Sequence record: PP496443.1
Direction: 5' to 3' (one strand)
Length of the DNA: 64,000 nucleotides
The notes under the pieces are model-generated. The model did not search any database. It was not told the DNA's origin and saw only the letters and a list, made by a program, of their open reading frames with translations. This document shows positions 36,635 to 44,901 of this stretch, one piece after another. Made by a program: the position numbers and the translations under genes. Each line of letters starts with the position of its first letter. The first letter of the stretch is position 1.

Positions 36635-37624
36635 ATGGCCCTTTCAACCTGGCCGCTGACCGAAGGTGAACTCGGTCAGGGCCTCGTCAACGAACTGAAT
36701 CGTACCAGCAAGGCGCTGGTGAACCGGAGTATGTGGTCTTTGCCATTGCTCCGGCGTTTGTTTTATCGGCGCACCGAGATTGGTGTCCCGGAGCTACTCC
36801 ACGTCTGTACCAGCATTCATCGGGGCAAGACTTACTTCTGCCTGTTGGTGAACTTCCGAGACGTGGTGATGGGCAATCCCGACCAGTATGGCTGGGATCT
36901 GGCGGGCCGCTGGTTGTTCTACGACGTTGACCTGCTGGACACCCCGCCGTTCAAAGCGGTGAAGAAGTCCATTGAGTCCCGTGCCACCAAGACCGAAGTG
37001 TCGTACGGTCAGGCTTTCCTCCCTTACGAGAAGAGCGATGAGGAATACGTCAAGTCCCTCAAGGGCAACTACAAGCCCCACATCTTCGGCGAGAAGTCCA
37101 AGCAGTATCGCGTCTTATCGTACTTCGGGCTGGCAGCGGTAGCCCCCTTCGCTCAAGCTCTGATGTGCTTCGGCATTCAGCGCGCCGAAAGGTTTATGGC
37201 CGAAGGGCAGAACGATGTCCTCCCCGAGTTGTACGACCTGCCACTGCAACTGGCGGGGCTCGGCAATGTCTCGAACACCCGCATCGGCTGCGTGACCATT
37301 GAAGTAGAAGGTACGATGGTAGGTGCTATCAGCATGTATGCTCAAGGTGCACTGGGCGACGCGGACATGCTGTATCTGCACGAGATCCTCATCGACCCGG
37401 ACCCCAAGTGGAAGAGCTTGTCGCTGGCTACTCTGCTGCACATTCATGCCGTCCTGTACTATCGCCGATCCCTCCAGAAAGACATAGTGTTCAACCTGGG
37501 CTATAACTTCGCCGATGGGTATCAAGGTTACAAGGATGTCTTCCGTCCCAACGCCAACGCCTTCAACGTGTACACCGAGATGGACACCGAGCCCGGCGTA
37601 CCACTGTCCTGTTTCAAGGGGTAA
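36635..37624 (+). CDS. Fem/BioF2-like GNAT-fold transferase (paralog 1)
   Basis: GNAT strands (VTIEVEGTMVGAISM, LYLHEIL, SLATLLHIHAV) ending FNLGY...YKDVF, as in FemABX/Acetyltransf_6 proteins. Confidence 0.55.
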   Translation: MALSTWPLTEGELGQGLVNELNRTSKALVNRSMWSLPLLRRLFYRRTEIGVPELLHVCTSIHRGKTYFCLLVNFRDVVMGNPDQYGWDLAGRWLFYDVDLLDTPPFKAVKKSIESRATKTEVSYGQAFLPYEKSDEEYVKSLKGNYKPHIFGEKSKQYRVLSYFGLAAVAPFAQALMCFGIQRAERFMAEGQNDVLPELYDLPLQLAGLGNVSNTRIGCVTIEVEGTMVGAISMYAQGALGDADMLYLHEILIDPDPKWKSLSLATLLHIHAVLYYRRSLQKDIVFNLGYNFADGYQGYKDVFRPNANAFNVYTEMDTEPGVPLSCFKG

Positions 37625-37627
37625 GAC

Positions 37628-38629
37628 ATGTACACTCCGTATTCCCAAAACAGCCTTATGCAGTCGATCCCTCTGGATGACCAAGGTACATTCGCCCATC
37701 CACCGTACACGATGGAAGGAGAGTTCACCGACGTGTGGACGAATCCCAGCCTGTACGGGTTTGTTAGCTTGTTGAACGGTCAGAGCAATAGCCGGGCATA
37801 TCGAGACTGGATGACCACCCACAATCTTCCAGCCCTGTTCCTCGGTCCGCACCATGAAGACAACTTCTGGTTTGAATTCAGCACTGGTCTCGATTCCAAC
37901 TGCACGCTGGATTACAACGAGATCAACGTCCAAGGCAACCTGCAGGACTTCCTTGGGAGATTGACGTCATCTCGCCGTCGCTCCGTGCTCAAGGCAAAGG
38001 AAACGGATACAATGATCCACAAGGCAGGCTCGGTAGCCAACTTCAACCTGTATCATCCGGTAGAGGGTAGGCTGTATAGTCTGACCGTGATTCACGAACG
38101 CCGGGTGATGAAAGATATTTCCGAGTTTATCGAATCGAAACTCTGGAGTATGAAGCATACGCCTACTGACCTCACGTACGGTGCATTCACCACTCTGATG
38201 GACTACATCCGGTTGAAGCAGCGAGATGACACGCCGCTGGGCCACCGGTTGCGCAACGTACAGCTCTTGATTATCCGAGATGAACGCTCCGGGTTTATCG
38301 TGTCGGTACACCTGGTGGCGATCAACACGTTGAAAGATGAGTCCATGAACCCCATCAAGACGTACATGCACTCCTTCGCACGCATCACTGTTCTCCCTGC
38401 ACGTATCGCCTTACTTGCGTTGATCAAGGCGGTTCAAGAGTTAAACGTCACCAGTCAGTATGCGTCCCGTGCACTGGCGAAGATCGACTATCTTGATGTG
38501 AGCAACGTGGTGCTGTCCGAGCGAGAGCAGTACAAGTCGGACTTCTTCACCGGCAAATGCCAAGTGCGTGCGTGGGCATCCCCGGCGCTGCTGGAACGGC
38601 AGTTACCTTTCGTTACGCCGATCCCGTAA
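37628..38629 (+). CDS. Fem/BioF2-like GNAT-fold transferase (paralog 2)
   Basis: FLGRLTSSRRRSVLKA helix and C-terminal IDYLDVS...QYKSDF, both Fem-family hallmarks. Confidence 0.55.
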   Translation: MYTPYSQNSLMQSIPLDDQGTFAHPPYTMEGEFTDVWTNPSLYGFVSLLNGQSNSRAYRDWMTTHNLPALFLGPHHEDNFWFEFSTGLDSNCTLDYNEINVQGNLQDFLGRLTSSRRRSVLKAKETDTMIHKAGSVANFNLYHPVEGRLYSLTVIHERRVMKDISEFIESKLWSMKHTPTDLTYGAFTTLMDYIRLKQRDDTPLGHRLRNVQLLIIRDERSGFIVSVHLVAINTLKDESMNPIKTYMHSFARITVLPARIALLALIKAVQELNVTSQYASRALAKIDYLDVSNVVLSEREQYKSDFFTGKCQVRAWASPALLERQLPFVTPIP

Positions 38630-38632
38630 CTC

Positions 38633-38640
38633 TGTAAATG
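38633..38640 (+). promoter_or_regulatory. TGTAAATG box
   Basis: Intergenic; the 12-mer GTAAATGATGGG is identical to that at 7648. Confidence 0.55.
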
Positions 38641-38683
38641 ATGGGAACAGCCCCACCATCACTTCATCTCTAGGGTAGTTCCC

Positions 38684-39736
38684 ATGCAAGACTTCGATAA
38701 GATAATGATCGATAGTAGTTTGACATCCAATCTGGTGTACGCAGGGTTGGGTAACTTGATCACGCCCCGCGCACTTGACCTGCTGATCGAACATCAGGCT
38801 GCACTGGAAAACGTATACGCCAATCTGGAAACGGCCTATCAGATTACCCCACCCTTCCCCTGTGAAGCTGCATTCAATTCCCCTGACAAAGATCCTGTGC
38901 TGGTCGCCGACTATCTGAATGCTACTCCCGCCATCCGTTGCGGAGAGCTGGCTGGATTCGAGGCAAAGCCCGGCAGTTACTACCATGCGCCCGCCGCTGG
39001 TATCTCCCCGGAACATCGCATCGACGTACGTGGTATGTCTTTGCGTGAGTTCGACCACTATCTGGTTGAGCGTAAGGAGGTATCCCGTATCACTACCAAT
39101 CTGGTGGCCGACAAGTTCCGCTGTGAGACGCATGTGTACAAAGTGGATGAAGATCATATCCTGATCCATGACGCCGAACGAGTTGGGATCAGCCAGACGG
39201 ACTTCCGCCGCATGTGGGCGCAGACCCGCCGCCGGGAAATCGCTGAAAACTATCTGCAGTACATGCCCATCGAAGACTCCGCCAAGGATGATCAGGTGGT
39301 GCGCCTGATCAACGAAGACGTAGCACGGGTGTTCGCCCAGAACGTCGACTACGACCGCATGATTCCGCCCGAGCTGATCTTCGATGGTCAGGGCAAGCCG
39401 GTGCTGACCGTGCTGAAAGATTGCAACGCCAAGGTGTTGGGCATTGGTGTGTACGTCATCTACAAGTCAGCTGACCCAGAGAATGACAGCGAACTGCACT
39501 GGCGTGGCGCTTTCTACGATCACGAAGATCCTCGCGTAGCATCCATGGGCATTGAACACGCTCTGGTTGCCAGCGCACTGCATACAGCGTACGCCTGCAA
39601 CGCGGTCCTCTATCTGACCAAGGCACCTAAGTCCGTGTGCGACGCATGGAAGACGGAAGTGCACCAAGGTTACGGTCTGGTCCGTAATGCGATGCCGGAA
39701 CTGTCTGACACCCCTTACATTCTGGCTATCCAGTAA
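38684..39736 (+). CDS. Fem/GNAT-like transferase (paralog 3)
   Basis: QTRRREI helix, VLGIGVYV, LHWRGAFYD, MGIEHALVASAL and terminal AWK; more divergent than the others. Confidence 0.45.
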   Translation: MQDFDKIMIDSSLTSNLVYAGLGNLITPRALDLLIEHQAALENVYANLETAYQITPPFPCEAAFNSPDKDPVLVADYLNATPAIRCGELAGFEAKPGSYYHAPAAGISPEHRIDVRGMSLREFDHYLVERKEVSRITTNLVADKFRCETHVYKVDEDHILIHDAERVGISQTDFRRMWAQTRRREIAENYLQYMPIEDSAKDDQVVRLINEDVARVFAQNVDYDRMIPPELIFDGQGKPVLTVLKDCNAKVLGIGVYVIYKSADPENDSELHWRGAFYDHEDPRVASMGIEHALVASALHTAYACNAVLYLTKAPKSVCDAWKTEVHQGYGLVRNAMPELSDTPYILAIQ

Positions 39737-39769
39737 ATAGCCGGTAACTCCATCCATTGAGGTACTTCC

Positions 39770-41854
39770 ATGAAATCCGTGAACCCCATCTTCAAGCACG
39801 TTCCCCAGTTCGACTGGCCTGTCATTCCCCGTGCGCAGTGGGAAGAGATCATCAAGGGAAAAGAGCATGTTATGTTCGACTCCTTCTCGCAGCTCGCTCA
39901 AGTGTTGGCTATCCCGGTGAGCAGTTACCAGTTCTACTTCGAAGATGGGTCCACGTTGTTCGCCGGTCCCGAAGCAACCTTCACCGCCGCGCCGTACCCG
40001 CTGTATCAGGACCTTGAATTCGTCCTGACCCCTGACGAGACGTTGGTACCGGGTCTTGCACTGGATACCAAACCGTGGGGCCTGTACACCGACGAATGGG
40101 TGGACAACTACGAAGGTGCGGACAAGGAAGACATCGGCAACAAGACCGGGTTCGAATTCATTCCGCTGTCGGACGCCTTGAAACTGGTGGTCCTCAACAC
40201 GGAGACCATGCAGCTCCAGTACACTGCCATCGAGAGCTTCACGTACGACGGCGTGACTTACGTATACCTGCTGGCCGATGGCGTGTGCTGGGTACTGGCG
40301 GGCAAGTCCGGTGGTCTGGTTGCCAGCGAGCATGACAAAGGTGCTGCGTTCATCATGGTGTCCCATCCCGAGTTCGCCGGGTGCAGCGTAGACAACATGT
40401 ACCCAAGTGAGTTCGGTGAAGCGGAAGCGACGTTCTACGTTCAAGACGAGGAACACAATTACCTGGACGCGGCTAACCGCATCTTCGAGGAAGCCAAGGA
40501 CGTAGGCGCTGGCACTTTCCTGACCATTGAGACCGGGGATGGACTGCCGACGGCACTGGCCTACAACCTGCGGTACAGTGACGTGGCCCACGTTAACCTG
40601 CCGATGCACAACATCCACCAGTTCACGTCTCTGCACGTACGACTGGGCGAGACGCCTAACTTCTCCGAGGCCCCGGAAGCGTGCCGTATGAAAGAGGTGA
40701 TGGAGTATCTGGCGGACCCTGAGTCCCCGGTAGATCATTACTGGTCGGCCATCATGGTACTGGAGAAGAACTTCCCCGGTTTCGCCGACGCCCTGAAAGA
40801 CTCCAGTGTCCCGACCCGTGACATCGTGCACTCCAAACAGGCGTTCAGCTTGGAGATCGATCGCCAGTTCGGCAAGGAAGTGGCAAGCAAGATCGGCCTG
40901 AACACTGGCGTATTCGCCCAAGTGAAAGACCGTGATGAGTGGCTGACCCGTCAAGACGATTTTCCTACCGACAAGGTGGCCGTTAAGTACAACACCAAAC
41001 ACTTCATCGGCATCTTCGACAAGGACGAGGTATCGAATTCCATCAACATGTGGCTGGCCGGTCAACCCGGAGAGTCGCTGATGATCGAAGAGTACTTCGG
41101 TGAGGGCAATCAGGAATTCAACCTGTGCTATGTGATCAACGAAGAGTTCGTGCAGCCGACGCTGTTCCTGTGCGAAGTCAACAAGATCCTCGGTAATGAC
41201 ACCGGCGGCAAAGGTGGCAACACGCTGGCCTGCCATGATGCTCGTATTAACAAGTACCCTGAGTTCTTCGAGCCGGTCAATAATGCGCTTGCTAACCTGC
41301 ATGAGCACGTGGAAGGTGTGAAGGGCTGGGTTGACCTGAGCTTCATGGTCCGCGACGGCATCCCTTACTTCACAGAGTGGTGCATTCGCATCGGCTGCTC
41401 CAACAACGCCACCATCGTGCGCCAGATGGAGACCCCGCTCGACGTTCTTTTGACTAACGTGGTTAACAAGGTGCATACCGAGCTGTCTTGGAAGCACTCC
41501 ATGTCTGTTAGCGTGGACATCTACAGCATGCCGCTGTCCGCAGGCAATGATGCCAACATGCAGTTCACCGACTCGCTGACCACTCCGGTAGAGATGGTGT
41601 CCCCACTCAATCTGGAATTGGCAGCGGAGAGTTTCTTCGACCCGATTGATTCGGCCTGGAACGCGGTGTACGACGGCTACATTGTCGAGGCGTACAACCG
41701 ATATGGCACCGTATCGGGGTATTCCACCAACTGGAACTTCGCCTGCAATGCGGCGTACAATCACTTGAAAGATCAGTCGGTGTTGTACGGGGCATACCGC
41801 GAAGCGCCTGCCCACCACGACCCACTGACTCTGTTCCCTTTCCTCAAGGCGTAA
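39770..41854 (+). CDS. PurD (GAR synthetase)-like ATP-grasp amide ligase with N-terminal extension
   Basis: AFSLEIDRQFGKE, VAVKY, LMIEEYF.....EF, NDTGGKGGN and VDLSFMVRDGIPYFTEWCIRIG parallel PurD motifs (LE.SK.FAK, VVIEEFL.G.E, GPNTGGMG, P.V.EFN.RFG). Confidence 0.7.
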   Translation: MKSVNPIFKHVPQFDWPVIPRAQWEEIIKGKEHVMFDSFSQLAQVLAIPVSSYQFYFEDGSTLFAGPEATFTAAPYPLYQDLEFVLTPDETLVPGLALDTKPWGLYTDEWVDNYEGADKEDIGNKTGFEFIPLSDALKLVVLNTETMQLQYTAIESFTYDGVTYVYLLADGVCWVLAGKSGGLVASEHDKGAAFIMVSHPEFAGCSVDNMYPSEFGEAEATFYVQDEEHNYLDAANRIFEEAKDVGAGTFLTIETGDGLPTALAYNLRYSDVAHVNLPMHNIHQFTSLHVRLGETPNFSEAPEACRMKEVMEYLADPESPVDHYWSAIMVLEKNFPGFADALKDSSVPTRDIVHSKQAFSLEIDRQFGKEVASKIGLNTGVFAQVKDRDEWLTRQDDFPTDKVAVKYNTKHFIGIFDKDEVSNSINMWLAGQPGESLMIEEYFGEGNQEFNLCYVINEEFVQPTLFLCEVNKILGNDTGGKGGNTLACHDARINKYPEFFEPVNNALANLHEHVEGVKGWVDLSFMVRDGIPYFTEWCIRIGCSNNATIVRQMETPLDVLLTNVVNKVHTELSWKHSMSVSVDIYSMPLSAGNDANMQFTDSLTTPVEMVSPLNLELAAESFFDPIDSAWNAVYDGYIVEAYNRYGTVSGYSTNWNFACNAAYNHLKDQSVLYGAYREAPAHHDPLTLFPFLKA

Positions 41855-41857
41855 TCC

Positions 41858-43021
41858 ATGAGCACTCCATTCCAAGAGTTCACCCTAGAAGGGTGGATTC
41901 GCTACATGAGAGATGAAAGCATCATCTGGCGCGCGTACGCTGATGGTCATCCGGATAAGGTCGAGTTCAGCCCGAAGTGGCGTGACGAGATGTATCGGTT
42001 GATGGTGCAGTTCAAAGATCTGCTGCCGATGTCGTTTTCCAATCCGGTGTACGGCTTCACTGAAGGTTGGCTGGAAGGGCTCGGACTCCAGCCCTTTTAT
42101 GGCGATGATCCGTTCAATCCGATGGTGCAACCTCTTAGCCACCCTCTGGTGCATGTGGGGCTTCCGTTTACTCTGAGCGAGCTGACGGCGGGCGTATGGG
42201 ACTGGCAGTCCCTGAGCGCGCACCTAGGGCGTCCGCTGCTGGTCGATACATTCGAACCGATCCCAGTGCCATCTATTAGCCTGGACGCTTACAAAGCCGT
42301 CCTGACCGTACGGGACCGGGAAGAGATCGTGATGAGTGCGGGAACCCCGGTGAACTACTTCCTCTGGTTGAATAGTCCGATCACCGAACTCAAAGACGAC
42401 TTCGACGTTTATCTGGCCAGCCTGACGAAGAAGCGCCGCTACAAAGTGAAGCAGGCACTGGCGACAGTGGGCACCGAAGAGAACCCGGCTATCAGCGTCA
42501 GTACTGGATCTCGTTTCGGCGAAGGGTTGTTGTCCGATCAGGTGAACAGCATCCTCGCGACTTTCGAAGATCCGGTGGACATCGAGTGCATGCTTCTTCA
42601 GCTGCTGTTCGGGGTGGCAACCTGCAATACCCATCCGCATCTTGTCGATCTGGTTTGTGCAGACCAGCAGTTGGGGATCTTCATCAAGCGTAACGGCCAT
42701 ACGATGAACTTCCTCTACAACCGTGACCCTGACAACCGCGCTGACTCAGGCATCAACCTGCTGACCCAGTACGTGCGCCATCTGCACATGAACCGCCCGG
42801 AAGGTGTGATGTACGTGGACCCGACATGTCGATATCGGCCTGACGAGGACAGTATGAACACCTACAAGCGGGTGATCACCAACGAGAACCGGTATCACCC
42901 AATGCCGTTCGTCTCGGCTGACCCTGCGCATATCGAAGGTGTGATTACCCCGGCGTTCATTGCAGGTCATTGGCAGATGTCGGCGTCCAATGGCCCGGCC
43001 AATCCTGAGATGATGGAGTAA
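41858..43021 (+). CDS. Fem/BioF2-like GNAT-fold transferase (paralog 4)
   Basis: FDVYLASLTKKRRYKVKQAL helix, GINLLTQYV and terminal YKRVI. Confidence 0.55.
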   Translation: MSTPFQEFTLEGWIRYMRDESIIWRAYADGHPDKVEFSPKWRDEMYRLMVQFKDLLPMSFSNPVYGFTEGWLEGLGLQPFYGDDPFNPMVQPLSHPLVHVGLPFTLSELTAGVWDWQSLSAHLGRPLLVDTFEPIPVPSISLDAYKAVLTVRDREEIVMSAGTPVNYFLWLNSPITELKDDFDVYLASLTKKRRYKVKQALATVGTEENPAISVSTGSRFGEGLLSDQVNSILATFEDPVDIECMLLQLLFGVATCNTHPHLVDLVCADQQLGIFIKRNGHTMNFLYNRDPDNRADSGINLLTQYVRHLHMNRPEGVMYVDPTCRYRPDEDSMNTYKRVITNENRYHPMPFVSADPAHIEGVITPAFIAGHWQMSASNGPANPEMME

Positions 43022-43023
43022 CC

Positions 43024-43971
43024 ATGGCAAAGCACAAGGTCAAAAGGTTGGAAATCAACCACATCTACGACTTCTACCCGTTGTATCAGGTGATGTACGG
43101 GCGTGGCATGGAGACCAAAGCGTTCGAGGTCTCCAAGTTCGCCAAGATGGTGCTGGACTTCGAAGCATCAACCAGTACTCGCCGGAAGTGGGACGTGCTG
43201 GAACCTTTCAGCGGTATCAGCGAGCATGAACACTTCTTCGCTGCTACTGGCCTGAACATCGAGCACTACACCGGCATGGACATCGTGGTTCCAGATGGGG
43301 CCAAAAACGTCATTCAAGGTGACATCATCACCGACACCCTTCCGTTTCACGTCAACGCGGTGTTCGCCTTCTACTACAGCTTGCAGAATGTACGGGACGC
43401 CAAGACTGGCATGCACACGCGGGAAAAGCTGGTGGAGTTCTTCGACAACATCCTCGGCCATCTGCAAGTCAATGCGAACAAGAGCCGTATGCCCGCAGTG
43501 TTCGCTTTCCACCTTGACCAGCCTGAAGACCCTAATTACTATCTGACGTCCCGTGCCGACGTTGGAGGTGAACAGTCATGGACCGCACCCGCGTGTGGTC
43601 TGCTGGGGCAGTGGGTCAAGTGCAAGCCTACTGATACTCTGGAAGTGAAGTGCAATCTGGACACCTGGTACAACCGTGTGCAGTGCACCGCGTACGATCA
43701 GGCGGAGGATATCCAGATTCTGGTAAATGGGCGAGTAGTGGCTACCGTTGAGATCGAACAGCCGTTCACCCATCGGGTCTGGACCGAGCACGAGGTTATC
43801 GATATCCTGCGTGGTCTGGACTACAATCTGCACTTCCACATGTACAACGGCACCATCTCCAATTACGACTTCTTGATGACCCGTTTGGAAGACAAGCCCG
43901 TTCCCGGCGATGAAGAGGCTAATACTAATCAGATGACAACTGATATGCTGGTTGTCGTTAATCCGAGGTAA
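43024..43971 (+). CDS. Class I SAM-dependent methyltransferase (paralog 1)
   Basis: VLEPFSG (motif I), YTGMDI (motif II), VIQGDI (motif III) and NAVFAFYYSL. Confidence 0.7.
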   Translation: MAKHKVKRLEINHIYDFYPLYQVMYGRGMETKAFEVSKFAKMVLDFEASTSTRRKWDVLEPFSGISEHEHFFAATGLNIEHYTGMDIVVPDGAKNVIQGDIITDTLPFHVNAVFAFYYSLQNVRDAKTGMHTREKLVEFFDNILGHLQVNANKSRMPAVFAFHLDQPEDPNYYLTSRADVGGEQSWTAPACGLLGQWVKCKPTDTLEVKCNLDTWYNRVQCTAYDQAEDIQILVNGRVVATVEIEQPFTHRVWTEHEVIDILRGLDYNLHFHMYNGTISNYDFLMTRLEDKPVPGDEEANTNQMTTDMLVVVNPR

Positions 43972-43973
43972 GA

Positions 43974-44891
43974 ATGGCTAAGCCCAAGATCCCTACACGA
44001 ACCATCCCCACGTTGTACCAAGACTGGGGGTTGTACAGCGCCATCTGCGAACTGCCGCAGGAGACGATGCTGATGATGTCGCGCTTCGTGGCAGACCGGA
44101 CTATAGAGCATGCTAATAGGCATGACATAGATCGTGTGTCGATCATGGAACCTTTCAGTGGTCCTATCCCGTATTACGAACCTGATATCGACAGTTTCCT
44201 TACTAGAGCTGGCATAGGTTTAGACACGTATGATCATGTGGAATACCTGGATCACGGCAAACTATCGGAAGACAACGGCATCATCATCGGTGACATCACC
44301 ACCATCGATCTGAAGCAGAAGTACGACGTCATCTACGGCAGTTACGGCAGCTTGGCCTGCCTGCTGCTGGATCAGACGCACAACAAAGCTTACGAGAAGT
44401 CGCACGCGGCGCTGGTCAACATCCGCAACCACCTGAAACCCAACGGCATCTTCGTCCTGAACGCCAACGGATCCAGCGAAAGCCTGCTGAATAACCTGTT
44501 GAACTCCGATGAGCCGGATCAGGAGATTCGCGTCCGTCCGGGATCGCAGTTGGGTAAGGCGTTCCGAATCAAACCAGACAGTAACGCGCTGCTTCGCTTC
44601 ACCTATCATGTGGAGTACGACCGGCGCACCACCTGCACCATGTGCCACTACAGCGATATGGTGCTGTCTGTAAATGGAGTTGACATCCAGCGCTGGGAGG
44701 TGGAATCCCCGACGTATCTTGCGCCGCTGGACGAACCCGAACTAATTCGAATGGCAGGTATGGCAGGTTTCAATCTGGACAACACTGAGTTTTACGGATT
44801 GGACACCACCGGTTATCCTGCCTTCTTCAAAATGGATACGGTCTGCGACGGGTCATGGTCACCCGCCGAGTTCGTAGTCTTTCGCACCTAA
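43974..44891 (+). CDS. Class I SAM-dependent methyltransferase (paralog 2)
   Basis: IMEPFSG, IIIGDITTIDLKQKYDVI, GSLACL and HLKPNGIFVLN. Confidence 0.85.
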   Translation: MAKPKIPTRTIPTLYQDWGLYSAICELPQETMLMMSRFVADRTIEHANRHDIDRVSIMEPFSGPIPYYEPDIDSFLTRAGIGLDTYDHVEYLDHGKLSEDNGIIIGDITTIDLKQKYDVIYGSYGSLACLLLDQTHNKAYEKSHAALVNIRNHLKPNGIFVLNANGSSESLLNNLLNSDEPDQEIRVRPGSQLGKAFRIKPDSNALLRFTYHVEYDRRTTCTMCHYSDMVLSVNGVDIQRWEVESPTYLAPLDEPELIRMAGMAGFNLDNTEFYGLDTTGYPAFFKMDTVCDGSWSPAEFVVFRT

Positions 44892-44901
44892 CGAGGTTAC
44901 T

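Noticed and set aside
39467-41875. 802-aa minus-strand ORF
   Set aside because: Antisense to the ATP-grasp gene, which carries the recognisable motifs. The same artefact explains 1322..2656, 14322..15467, 16240..17289, 31317..32717 and 44827..45927.
43732-44676. Intragenic GTAAATG copies in the two methyltransferase genes
   Set aside because: About 230-240 nt from the next starts and inside coding sequence, within the chance expectation for a 7-mer. Not counted as promoters.
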